A program made the translations under genes and the position numbers. From the human T2T-CHM13v2.0 reference genome, Homo sapiens, in NCBI RefSeq assembly GCF_009914755.1, contig NC_060931.1: a DNA stretch of 64,000 bases; one strand, 5' to 3'. The notes beneath the pieces were generated by a model that saw only the letters and a list, made by a program, of their open reading frames with translations, had not been told where the DNA came from and searched no databases. Every line of letters starts with the position of its first letter. Within the stretch, counting starts at the first letter, position 1. Positions 1 to 14,449 of the stretch are shown in pieces.

Positions 1-464
1 GCGTTAACCATAATGAACTCTTCACATACCGATGTCAGTTTAATATGCTGCTTCCCGAGGAAGGGCCTGGTGATTTAGCGTTAATTAATGATGACTTATT
101 GCAGATTATGTTACTGACTTACTGATGCTCCTGGGTGATATGCACATCTTTCAGATGAAAGCATAACATTATGACTTAGCATTCGCACGGTGCTTCACAC
201 ATCCAGAACACTTGGTAATTGGGTTAGCTGCATCGCCACTATCCCTCACACTGATGCCGTCATCCGGGTGAGTTGAAGTGTTCCTCATTACCGGTAAACC
301 TGACACACTGAATTTCAAACCTGCCAAATTGATAAAGTGGAGGGATTGGATTTTACCTGTTTGAGAGTCTAGAATGTAAGGTGTTTGGAGACTGGGGTTC
401 ATCAGGTGTTCAATGGAGATAGCCACGGATGATGCACAATACTATGAATTAGCTCCATCGGACC

Positions 465-775
465 TTTTATTTTTATTTTTATTATTAATTTTTGATACAA
501 GGTCTCACTCTGTCACCCAGGTTGGAGGACAGTGGTGCAATCACGGCTCCTGCAGCCTCGACCTCCCCGGGCTCAGGTGATACTCTCACCTCAGCGTCTC
601 AAGTAGCTGGGATTACAGATGTGCACCACCATGCTTGGCTAGTTTTTACATTTTTTGTAGAGACAGAATTTTGCCACGTTGCCCAGGCTGGTCTCAAACT
701 CCTGGTCTCAAGCGATCCTCCCACCTTGGCCTCCCAAAGTGCTGGGAATACAGGTGTGTACCACTGCACCCAGCT
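465..775 (-). mobile_element. AluJ SINE
   Basis: T-rich tail on the left, then reverse Alu body (tcacggctcctgcagcctcgacctcc...ctcccaaagtgctggg) with AluJ-type diagnostic sequence. Confidence 0.95.
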
Positions 776-2164
776 TCCATCAGGCATTTTAAATATAAAG
801 AAAACGAGAGGTAGTGATAGTCTAGGAAGTGATGTGTCACCAGATCTTTAGATATGAGAGGAGTTGAGAGAAGGTGGCTGCCAATGACTAAGATATAAAA
901 AAGGCCACAAAGGAGAAATAAGCTATTAATTTGGACCACAGTGCTAATAGATATGACCTAAGTCGTAAGTTTCTTTTCTTGCCAGAATTTTCAGCCTCAT
1001 ATAGAGTGGTGTTTTTGGTGGGAATACATCTTAGTTTCTCTATGACCAAAATCATTTGGAGAGGGGAATTTGCTTTAGACAGTGGCTGTTGCAATCAATG
1101 TTGTTGAAATACCTCTATACCATAGGGTAGGGGAGGGAAATCTTCAAGTTATTTTCCCCATTTTCAGAGTGGAGGAAGTTCAAGAATGAACAATGGCCAA
1201 CAAGCCAAGTCTCCCAGAACAAGGAAGGATAGATCGGAGAGAAATCTTTGGTCGTGTGGTTCAGGATCACTTTTCATCTCCTCTCTAAATTCTGTAGCCT
1301 GCCTACTGATGCTGCCCTTTTGTGCTGGACACATTATGTAGTCTGAAATATTAAACACTTCTATTTGAAACAATATTTTGATTTCTAATAAATGATAAGG
1401 AGAGGGGAAATGAGATTCCCCCCCTGGCCAGAAAAAGGGCAATCTTTACTTTCCATGGGAGACAGATGAGCCCAGCTGATTTGTGGAGATGGTGTTAAAA
1501 TTAAATTATTTTTCCAGAAACTTATGTATATAAAAAAAAAAACCCAACTTGTCTTTCTTGGAAGAAGCGTGATTACCCTCCTTCCTTTGTTGCCATCTCC
1601 ATGACCTTAATTAATCCCTGCTCTTGATTTTATTGGTTCCTTTCTGTCTTGTCCTTGTCTTGCTTGCCAACCCCATTTTAAAATACAGAAATTGGCTCCC
1701 ACAACCAACAACTAAGAATTCATTTCAAGCTCAAATATGAGTAGAGCTCATATCAGAAACTTTTATTATTCCTTGACTCCTGTATCCAAAATTTTGATGG
1801 GACCTAAGCAAACCAGTGACACATTTAAATCAGATTAGCAATTTGCACCTTCATGGAGGGCTTAGCAGAGCAGCTTTGTTCTGATGCCTTTACACAAATC
1901 CATTTGTATCTGTAGGAAAATGTAACTTTATTTGCATCTGTGGCTATATCCCTGGGTTGGTAATGAGGATGAACCAACTCATGTCTCAAGCAGGATTGAG
2001 GGTGCTCAAAGATCAGGTTCACATCAGAGTGGAGGATATCCTCTTGGGGTGACCTCTGCCTCCCTAAACCCTCTATGTTGCAGAAGATACCAGGTGGAGG
2101 AGAGGCAGTCCCACTGGGAAAGGGAGGCAATGTGGCACACCGGTCAATGGAGACAGCGCAAGAG

Positions 2165-2345
2165 CATGGCTGTCTGAAATTCAAATTCTGACTTTCCACC
2201 TCTAGATGTGTTAGCTTGGGCAAGTCACTTGACCTCTGTGAGCCTCAGTTTACTCACCAGGAAAATGAGCATCATTATATCTACCATATAGAGTTGTTGC
2301 AAAGACTAAATTAAATGAGATGATGTACTTAAGGCACTTGGGAGA
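2165..2345 (+). mobile_element. MIR SINE
   Basis: MIR core ttgggcaagtcacttgacctctgtgagcctcagttt. Confidence 0.85.
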
Positions 2346-3081
2346 TAGCAGCAGATATTTGTGAACTACAGACATAGAGAAAGAATTGCCTGCTGACAAT
2401 TTGAGGCCCCATAAAGTATATAAAGTAAGTTGCCACGCTATCTCCATCCACTAGGTTTATGGACAGGTGAATGAAGTCCTTCTCCAGGCAGACAGTGAGT
2501 AGGGTGTGTGGGTACTGGAAACCTTCCAGAGCTAATAGGAAAATGAGCACCAACTGCAACCTGGATTTGAATGACCCATTTGAAATGGGTCATGTATTGG
2601 GAGGAATGCAACACGGTATAACAAACTCCAACACGATTGGAATGAAAGTTAGGGGCTGCTGTGTAATTGGTGGTGCAACTTTTGATGAGTCACCCAACTT
2701 CTCAGGTTCCTCATCTGTGAAAGAGGCTCTTCCCATGGAATAATGTAGACTACGAGGTGAAAAGACATCTTTGATGCCATCCAGGTATGTGGAGGCTTCA
2801 GGGTGGGCAGGATACAATGTTTTTTCATGCTCTGATTTCTTGGTTTATTGCCAGATGTTGGTGTCTATCTTTGCCATTGGTCTGAGCTCTTATGTTTCTA
2901 AGCATCTCTGTAGGTTGTATCTGTGCCTTCTGAATGGGTCCTAGGGCTTCTTTGCTTCTCAGTACCTGCCAGGACCATGACTGGGCTTGAGGCTTTGGAT
3001 AAATGATCTAATCCAAATGTCAGGACTGAGCTGGCCCTGGGGTGGTTGGTTGTCATGTTGGAGAAGCAGGCTTTGGCCTGC

Positions 3082-3421
3082 TGCTATAGTCCAAATGTCC
3101 TCTCCAAAACTCGTGATAAAATTTAATTGCCATTGTGACAGTATTAGGAGGTGAGACTCTTAGGTGATTGGGTTATGAGAGTTCTACTCTCACGAATGGG
3201 TTAATGTCGTTGTGGGAGCAAGTTTACTAGAAAGTGAGTTCAGCCCTGTCTCGCTCTTTTGCCTCCTGCCATGGAAGACACAACAAGAAGGCTCTTGACA
3301 GATACAGGCAATCTGACCTTGGACTTCCCAGCCTCCAGAAATGTAAAAAAAACATTTCTTTTCTTTGTAAATTACTCAGTCTGTATTCTTCTGTTATAGC
3401 AACACAAAATGGATGAACACA
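3082..3421 (+). mobile_element. ERVL-MaLR solo LTR (MSTD/MLT1A-like)
   Basis: tgctatagt... start, ttggacttcccagcctccagaa, and 3' end tgttatagcaacacaaaatgga typical of MaLR LTRs. Confidence 0.85.
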
Positions 3422-3989
3422 CCTGCCTTTCCATTGCCCTCCCCTCTTCTCAGCCACCTGCCCATCCTGCTGCCTCAAGTGGGCCTTGTACTTCATGCAA
3501 ATCCTGGCCATACCTTTAGCCCTGTATTGTAATGGGTTGCACCGAGGTTGTAGTTGAAGAACCATAAGACAGTGGCTTTGGTGTCTTTGGCCATGGAGCC
3601 ATGGTCCTTCTGGTCTGGTTCTGCATGTCAGCCTTAGAAAGGGTCAGAATGCCTGGACTTGTCTGTGCTACTGGCATTGGCTTCTTCCATGGCTGCCATC
3701 AGGGGACATTGGCTACAGCCATCCTAGGGGAGACAGAGTCTGGGGTATGACCTGTGTCTTTCAGTAGCAACATCAGGATCACTGGTTCAGATGACCCTCA
3801 TGCCAGATATCAGAGGGGGCTAGAGTGATAGAACTCTTTTCTGTCCCTTGGGGGTCAGCAAAAATGGCACTTTCTCAGAGAGACTTTCCTGACTGCCTAC
3901 ATAAACAGATTCATTTTTTTTTCTCCCCAGATTCTGGCCTCTTGTTTCCTTCATAGAAACTTTCACATTTTAAAATTTAATTAAAAAAC

Positions 3990-4390
3990 ATTTTTTTCCT
4001 ATCTCCCCCACCTGAGTTTAAGCTCTTCACTTAATTTAAGGTCCTGAATAAGGCCTGTCTTTTCACCTTTGTATCCCTAGCACCTGAAAGTGTTTGAGAC
4101 ACAGTAGGCACAACTCAGTAAATGTATGCTGAAGAGAGGGAATTTGGGGGTCAGGTGCTGAGATATGGGGGCTCCCCTATGAAGACAGTGTCACGGGAGG
4201 ATAAAGTTACATGAATCGAACACCTATTATATGCTCGATACTTTACTTTCATTATATCATGAATTTCCATATGAATCCTGAAAGGTAAGAATTATCATCC
4301 ATATTTTACTGGAAGGAATTGAAGCTCAAGGAGGTTAAGTAATTTTTCTCAGGCCACCAGCTGGCATTTGTCTCCAGGTTGTCTGACTCC
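3990..4390. mobile_element. L2 3' end fragment followed by a MIR fragment
   Basis: gtatccctagcacct...acagtaggca...cagtaaatgtatgctgaa (L2 tail); catattttactggaaggaattgaagctcaaggaggttaagtaa (reverse MIR core). Confidence 0.65.
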
Positions 4391-4394
4391 AGAA

Positions 4395-5120
4395 CAATGG
4401 TTTTCAATCTTATCTACACAATAAGATCACCTCGGGAACTGCTAAATCCAGATGTCCAGGCTGGGCCTGGAAACCAATGAAATCAGAGCCTCTGGGATGT
4501 AGGACTCAGGCAGCAGTGGTTTTTAAAGTTCCCCAGGTGATGACACGATGAAGCAGGGCTGGAAAAAAAATCTGCTATACTAGAGCAGTAGTTCTCGAAG
4601 CGTGGTCTCAGAACCAGCAGCATCAGTGTACCCTGGGAACTTGTTAGAGATATAAATGCATCTGCCCCACACCAGACCTTCTGAAGCAGAAGCTTTGGGG
4701 GTGGGGCCCAGCAATCTGTGATTTTAACAGGGCCTCCAGGTGATTTGGATTCAGGCTGGTTTGAGAACCTACTGCAGAGCTGTGCTTCTCAAATTGCAAT
4801 GAGCATAGGGATCAGTCACCTGGGGCTCTTGCTAAACTGTTGGTAGGGATTCAGTAGATCGGGGTGAGGCCTGAGCTTTTGAGTTAATGATGCAGGTATT
4901 GCTTGTGCACATACTGTACTTGGAAGAGCAAAGGAACTCGGCTTCGTTCTCAAAATACGGTCCTGCATCACAACTACCTGGGATGTCTGTTAAGATGCAA
5001 ATTCCTGGGTGCTGCTCCAGACATGCTGAATCCAAATCACTGAGGATGGAGCTGGGCCGTGCACATTTAAACAAACCCCAGGAGTGATTTTGTAATGTCC
5101 TGGTAAGTTTAAGAACCTGT
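4395..5120. mobile_element. Four adjacent MER5-family (hAT-Charlie) MITEs: ~4395-4574, 4586-4774, 4780-4934, 4945-5120
   Basis: Repeated MER5 termini (cagtagttctc...gagaacctactg) and bodies (accctgggaacttgttaga, ctccaggtgatt). Confidence 0.8.
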
Positions 5121-6097
5121 GTTCTCAAGGGATTTGATCATGATGGCACCTGGTCTTATCCCAGCAAAGACCTCTCAATCCACAGGACCAGCTAACCAGC
5201 TGGCCAGGCAGACAGATTCTGGGCAGCAGACCTTTGATGCTGTCGCTTCAAACAAATAAATCAGTAGCAGAAACCCTTGGGCTGCTGTCAGCTGACCCTG
5301 CTGCTGTGCCCACAGGCTGCAGAGAGCAGGGCTCTATTAATCACCCTGTCCCTGACATGGCCCTGTCCATACATCTTGAACCCTGAGACTAGAAGTATAA
5401 CTCTTCTTCCATGCTTTGGATTTGTGGCAACTGCCAGTCCTCCACAGCCACCACACTGCCTAGCTCAGGGTGCTTAGGGCTGACCCAGCAGGTCAGGCAC
5501 AGGCATGCTCCTCTGGGAGTGTGCAGTATGCTGCCTGCCGCAGATGGGAATCCAATGGAGCACAGAACAATAGACACCTAAGGAGTTGAGTTTCAGTGCA
5601 ACTGGAGGAAGAATTAGGCTCCCATGGGTCTTGTGCAGAGCTAGAAGCAGGCTCTTCATAGGTAGTCAGCCCTTAGTCTGGGTCAATGTAGGCTGTGTCC
5701 ACCACAAGGCACAACGTGTCCCTAAATCTGTGTCCTCAAACCTGTAAATACTGCCATCATATACCCCAGGGGTGGGCAAGATGGGCAGAGCCAGCTCCTG
5801 CCAACGCATCATCCATGAGGGGCTCAGGGATAGTCTCATCCAGGCATTCTCATCCATCCCTCCTCAGATACATCAGCCTTGCCACCAGGCAAGAAGTTTG
5901 GGACGCCATTTCTTTATGTCTCATGACCTTCCTATTCATATGATACCTTTAAGATGAGGTGAGGTCTTAATGCGGGTGGGGAGTAAGTAGTTGATATATG
6001 AAAAGCAAAGCATTCAAGAAAGCAAGGCACAAAGTAAATGCTGTTATTATTAAATACCAGGAAAGGTAGGAAGCTAGTATCTTTTCTCGGGGAGGGT

Positions 6098-6470
6098 TGA
6101 TATGATTTGGCTTCATGTCCGCATCCAAATCTCATGTCAAATTGTAATTCCCATTATTGGGGGAGGGACCTGGTGGGAGGTGATTGGATCATGGGGGCAG
6201 ATTTCCCCTTTGCTGTTCTTGTGACAGTGAGTACATTCTCAGGAGATCTGATGATTTAAAAGTGTATGGCACTTCCTCCTCGCTCTCTCCTGCTCTGACA
6301 TGTGAAGAAGTACTTGCTTCCCTTTCGCCTTCTGCCATGATTGTAAGTGTCCCGAGGACTCCCAGCCATGCTTCTTGTACAGCCTGTGGACCTGTGAGTC
6401 AATTAAACCTCTTCATAAATTACCCAGTCTCAGGTAGTTCTTTATAGCAGTGTAAGAATGAACTAATACC
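6098..6470 (+). mobile_element. MSTA-type MaLR solo LTR
   Basis: tgatatgatttgg...ccaaatctcatgtcaaattgtaa start, cagccatgcttcttgtacagcctg, aactaatac end; 5-bp TSD agggt/ggggt. Confidence 0.9.
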
Positions 6471-7574
6471 GGGGTATTCCTGTTTTTCTTTTAGGTCCCT
6501 GCCAAATATGCCATCAAGTACATAGCTGAGGCCTACAGTTCTCCAACCATTCTAATCATAGAGGAGTGAGGGTAGTTCAATAACGCAGGATATCCTCCTT
6601 CGTTGGGGTGGGGATGAGGGGTCCTGATACTTCTTAGTTTGCAAAAAAGGGTCTGATACTGTAATTGAGCTTGTTTAGGAACCTTATTTGACAGGTGAAC
6701 AGAATGACCAACTGATTGACCTGAATGACAATGATCCCTTGGTTGACCAGCCTCCAACATGGGTTGCAGGCATCCTGCTATGGCTTGAGGTGGCTTTTTA
6801 TGTGGCAACACAAGACCTCTGCTCCCCCACCAGCCCCCCAGGGCTGCTGGTTGGAATAATAGCCATGAAAAAGCCATTTTTGTGGGTTCAGTTGAGGTCT
6901 TCTTCATAAAGTGCAATGAAACAGAAAGGACGAGTTATAGCTGCCACGTGGCCTGCCATGGGGCGGAGCTTCCTACACTGTCCCTACCTGAAACATGAAG
7001 GACTGCAGATGGGGTTTCAGAGGCCTCCCGGCCTCCTGGGTCTCCCCAGCTAGGCTTCTGCTCGCCCTTGTCAGAGCCACCTGTCTTGGTGCCCTGGCTT
7101 CAAAGCTGCCCAGGCTTCAAAGCTGCCCACTCAAGCCTCTTCTAACCCGCTTGAAAGGTGGCATATATTACTGTCAGCTGAGCATGACAGGAAGTGAAGG
7201 GGACAGGCACTGAATGCAGGCAGGAAGAGGAGAGCTGGGATCCAGCAGCGGTGCACAGGCACACGCATCACACCTCCCAGGCATTCATTATAAACGCTGA
7301 ATGTGCTCATGCATTTGCAGAAATGATTTGTGTTTGGCTCCTTCTAACCTATTTCCCCTCTACCCTCTGTCTAATCCTTACCCACACAAACAGGGCTCTG
7401 GAAGATGTTAATTACATATCCTCAAGAGGTGGTAGATGGTGGGATGGAGGTGAAATGTGGCTCACAAGCAAGAGATAGGTTCCTCACTTGGCCTTTCCAA
7501 CAGCTTTTGCAGAGACCTGTGATCTCATGTGACCCTGGGAGGTAGGAGAGGTATTCCCCTCCTCTTCCATCCCT

Positions 7575-7645
7575 TTCTCTAATTTCACATATGGGGAAAC
7601 TGAGGATCAGAGAGGTTAAGTGACTTGCCTAAGGTTACCAGTTGG
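7575..7645 (-). mobile_element. MIR core fragment
   Basis: ggggaaactgaggatcagagaggttaagtgacttgcctaaggt. Confidence 0.8.
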
Positions 7646-8647
7646 ATCCTAGCTGATATGACTCATTGATAATATGTTTAACAGAACAATATATATTTCC
7701 TGTGCCTCAGTCTTGTCTACCCAAGCTAAGTGTGAGGCCTTGTGGGTGGGTTTGGTAGGGATTGCAAAGATATTTGCTTGTTGATTGAAATATTCCAGCT
7801 TTACTATTCTCTTAACTCTTTCTAATTTTGTATGTTTAGCTGTTGAGTGAGAGACAAGAAGACATCTTTTGGGATGTGAAGGCAGTGGGTTTAGCTGCAA
7901 ATGGAAAAGCTTTCCCTCTTCTCATCTCAGGAAGGCTCTGGAGAAGATCTGGAGGAATGCAGGACAGCTTGAACCCCATTCCTCTGTCATTCTGTGGGGA
8001 CATCCATCTCCTTGCCCCTCTCCAGCCCAACCACGTGGTTTCCTCCCAGGGTCCAGGAGATCAGGGGAGCAGATCAAAAATAGGGATAAGAGTAAGGGAA
8101 AGAGGGGAGGAAAGACCCCAGGAGAAGGAGGAGGGCCAGAGGGTTATGGTGTTTGTTTAGAGAAAACTAAGATATTAAAGGAAAGACCATTAATGAAAAA
8201 AAAAAAAAAAGAATTTCCTGCATGCTACCACCTGTCTTTAAATAGTAGAGGAAGGATGGAGGGTGATGACATGAGCAGAGACCCCGAGGCATGACTGGGC
8301 TGCCTTCTCGTGTCAGCAACAGTGGCCTCATGTTTTTTTCTCAGAATTGTTGGCCTCAGAAGAATCCAGGTTTCAAAGCTACACACACTCCCGTCCTTTC
8401 TAGTATGATCTGCTGGCCCAAACCCACCACTTCCCTTCGCCTTCCACTCTCTTCCCTCTGCTTTCTCAGAGAGGGGCTCTGCCCCAGATTGTTCCCATCA
8501 GAGTTGTCACTATCCTTGGCGTGGATGTGTTTCCTGAAGACAGACTCTCTTCTGTGGCCGTGGTCCTTGCTCAGATACCTCCAGCTGTGAGGCCCGAGGA
8601 CAGCAAGCCACATGCAAGCCAAGGATGTGGAGCCTGAATGGTGTTAT

Positions 8648-8662
8648 GTTGCCCATGGCAAC
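8648..8662. promoter_or_regulatory. Palindromic RFX X-box motif (candidate)
   Basis: gttgcc-cat-ggcaac fits GTNRCC(N0-3)RGYAAC, in non-repeat sequence; motif match only. Confidence 0.4.
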
Positions 8663-8739
8663 CGATTCTGAGGCCGGTTCTGCCTCTGGCTTGTTTGTCT
8701 GTGTTTGAGAACTACTATATTTTTTGTTCTTTTGTTTTC

Positions 8740-9826
<1,087 letters not shown>

Positions 9827-9912
9827 AAAAACTACTGCACTTTCTTTGAGACTTGAGAGTTTGTGGGCTTTTCCTCCCTACACATAAAGTGGTAATTTTT
9901 TTTTCTGGCAAT

Positions 9913-9915
<3 letters not shown>

Positions 9916-9957
<42 letters not shown>
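9916..9957 (+). repeat. (CA)21 microsatellite
   Basis: Read directly. Confidence 0.98.
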
Positions 9958-9958
<1 letters not shown>

Positions 9959-10139
9959 TTCTTTTTGAACCTTGGTCATGTATGAATCTGTATTCTCAGC
10001 TGTTGATGTTGGAGGGGCTTTTGAAACACTTCCTCTGAGTCTAACCCCAAATAATTCAATTCCAGATCTCCAGGTTAATAAAACAACTGGGAATGGTGCT
10101 CATCTGGAGTTGGAGAGCTGTGTTTCCCCAGTTTTGTTT

Positions 10140-10280
10140 CCAATTAGCTGAGGGCAAGTCACATAAATGTTGCCAAGCCTCAGTTTCCTTATCTATTAAT
10201 TGGGCTATAATACTTCTCTATCAAGGTTACTGTAAGGAATACATTACATTAAATAAGATAATGGGGTGGAAATGCCTATA
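10140..10280 (+). mobile_element. MIR fragment
   Basis: gggcaagtcacataa...aagcctcagtttccttatctat. Confidence 0.7.
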
Positions 10281-10381
10281 ATGACTGATAAAAACGTTTT
10301 GATGAAGACAGGGTGCATTTTTATGCATGGTGCAAGGCTTTACTAGAGAATCTACAAAGGAGAGAGAAGACATGGACTTTC

Positions 10382-10740
10382 TTTTTAAAAATTATGGTGA
10401 AACACACGTAACAAAATTTAGTTTTATGTGTATAATTCTGTAGTGCTGAGTATATTCACATTGTTGTGTAACCAATCTCCAGAACTTTTTCATCTTGCAA
10501 AACTGAAACTCTATACCCATCCAACAGCTCCCCACTTCCCTCTCCCCCATCCCCTGGCAACCACCATTTCACTCTCTGTTTCCATGAATTTGATGCTCTG
10601 GAATGTATTCATCCTGTGTAACTGAACCTTTGTACCCTTTGACTACTTCCCTATTTCCCCAACATAATGTCCTTAAAGTTCATCCAGATTGTAGCATATG
10701 CTGGAATTTCCTTCCCATTTAAGGCTAAATAATATCCCAA
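10382..10740 (-). mobile_element. L1MB-type 3' UTR fragment
   Basis: tatattcacattgttgtgtaaccaatctccagaactttttcatcttgcaaaactgaaactctataccc. Confidence 0.85.
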
Positions 10741-12943
10741 GGATATAGTCCAAGGACATGGACTTTAAAAAATGTCTGGAAAACATAAAAAATAGCACAT
10801 GATAAATTGCAAAGTGGCCTGTGACACAATGCACCCAATGCAAATCACTATAGTAGAAGAGAGAAGAAGATCTTCCTGCTGTGCTGGTTTCCAGGAGGTC
10901 CCCTGCTCACCCTGGGGCTTGCTTTGCTATCTTAGGACTCAACATTCATTCCTAAGCAATGGCTTCTGGGTCAGGCTAAATAGTTCTGTTCATCAGAACC
11001 CTGTGGTTTAGGACAGCAATTCCCAAACAAATTGCACCAGAATGGTGGACAATTTGAATTTGTTCTTGGGTCTCCAGGAGGGAGGGGCAGTAGGAGTTGG
11101 GGAGAGAGGGACAAGGGAGCAGGCGCCGCAGTGGCTGAGGAGGGCCCAGGAGCTGGAGAGCAGAGACTGTGGTACAGTTTCCCGGACCATCCTGCATTTG
11201 AGAAACAATGGTTTATTTCTGCTTTGCAAGTGAAAGCAATGCCTGTAAAACACTTAACTTAGCGCTTCATGGGCTTAGCCAACCAGCTGTATGGATAAGG
11301 TTGACCTACCCAGCTTTACCTGGTCTGGGTGGAGAGGAGAGCATATTTGTACATTCCCATTACCTTTCAGTTAGGTCACCCAGCCTCCAGGGAGCATGGC
11401 TCGACAGTGATCCCAGGCTCTGACCCAGCAGATTAGCACCCTCTTCTGTGGGTGGAGACAGAAGGCCTCTCTCATTTGGGGCAATGGAGAAATCCAAAGA
11501 GAGGGGCACAGTGGCCCCACATTCCAAGTGTTTAGTCAACACCTTCTGTGTTTCCCTACAGCATGAATTGGGCTGATTCTTTGGGTTGTATGACCAGTGA
11601 TGGAAATTTGTCCCATGTTCTTGCTCATTCCTCAAGTTTACAGCACACCTTTGAGATAGACATTCAGAATTCATCTGTAGCTGGGGTAGATCTAAGTGTT
11701 TATTGCTTTGTTTGTTATAGTTAAAATCAGGTGACCCATTGCATGGCCCCAGTTGATTGTATCTATTTGGTATTCATCATGCAATGTCCCTAATCCATTG
11801 TAATTTGTTATCAGATGTAAGTATTGCTTTCACTCCCTCCTTCTCTGGATCTTCAGGACTATGAAATCAACAGGGAAGCTAAGTGTTAAGATGGAAGGTG
11901 AAAGGAGAAATTAAGAGGAGAACTGGTCTGGCGGGAGCTGAGATCAGGCGACAACTGCTTTGCAGGACTCTGTGTTGCTTAGTGGCCAACTCTGGTCTGT
12001 GAATAGGGACAGGGAGCAGAAGGGATATCATGCTTCTTGGCCATAAAATAATATATATATTTTTGCATTCACATTGTAAGTTTACATGTTCAGATAGTGA
12101 ATGCTCAAGAAACATTTACTTTAAGAAAAACATGTGATAAAAGCGGTGTTCGAAGTCTGAACCAGGTGTTTAAATGCTTGGTTGTAGAAGTTAGAAAACA
12201 AACCCATGTATTGAAGGCTACCTAGAACCAGGATGAGTGAATGAGTTTGCAGCTTGGTTGCCAGTAGTAACCTCTGTCTGATGGGCAATAAAGGAATGCA
12301 GAGTGATCCCCAAGCAAGAACAGAGAGAAGTTCTAAGATAATTGAAACAAGCTAATAATTCTTGGCTTTGACTCCTTTCGCCCTTCCTTCCATAAGCCCA
12401 GCTGACCTGAAATCTTAGTGCAGCTAGTGCTGACTGCAGCCTTAGGTTGGAATTCTGGTGATCAAGTTGAACAGGGAAGGCTAGCATGACTCAAGGTTAA
12501 TCCCCATACTAAATAGAACCAGAGGTAGAATAAATGATTGCTTTTCTCAAGGTTGTCATTAATGCCTATGACTTGTACCTTGGTGTCCTAGTTCTTTAAA
12601 CTTTGCTCCTAATTTGTTAGATAACTATTCATTGTTAATTATGAAACAAGTAATGTAATGTTTTATTTAAACAACTAGATAGGTGAAAACTGACCCAATT
12701 ATAAACTCATCTAATTAACTCCCACACCAAAAACAAAAGCACTGCCTATGGAAGTTTCTGGAATTGCAAGTTTCATGCCAAAGATGAAAACAAGCAACCA
12801 ACCACCAGAAGACTGACTTGGTGAAATCATGCCTTATAAGTGACAGCAGATACTAGATTGCAGGTGACCTGTGCTCAGTGGGGAATAAGAAGAGAATCAG
12901 AGTGGAGCTAGTAAGAAAATGAAGTCACAGGTAGAAGAACCTG

Positions 12944-13990
<1,047 letters not shown>

Positions 13991-14449
13991 AAAGGTGACA
14001 AAATCCTTCCTAATCTGGCCTAATCTGGACAAAATCATTCCTTATTTTGTATTCACTCTGTGTTCTTGCCTTTGCCTACCTGTGTATTATTTCTTCTTTA
14101 TGATTGAAGAAGTTTGTGCTGGACCAGGCAGAAAAAAATGTATGATCTTAAAGCCACAGTCACTTACCAAGGAGTCTAGCCAAAGCAGGCATCCTATCCA
14201 TACCACACATTTGCGACATGTTCTCTTAGCCCCTGCTAGAATGGTTCTAACAGCAGAAATTCTCTAACTACTATGCACCTGACCATTCCATTGTTGGAGA
14301 CATCTTCAACATAAGTTAGAGAGTATTCCCTTATACAGGCTGGACAGTGGTTTACTTTGTTGCTTTGCCATGAAAGCAATAACAGCATGGATGCCTCTTT
14401 ATCCAGACCTTGGATGGGAAGCTTTTCACAATCTCTCACCGTGTTGTCT

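Noticed and set aside
492-851. Alu-derived ORFs here and at 15789-16014, 17434-17677, 18337-18801, 44259-44486, 45277-45594, 51770-52062, 54907-55393
   Set aside because: Typical Alu translation products ([25 protein letters not shown]); not genes
3227-3565. ORF start VLQLQPRCNPLQYRAKG faintly resembling a Gypsy pol motif
   Set aside because: No flanking pol motifs found upstream and most of the ORF lies in a MaLR LTR
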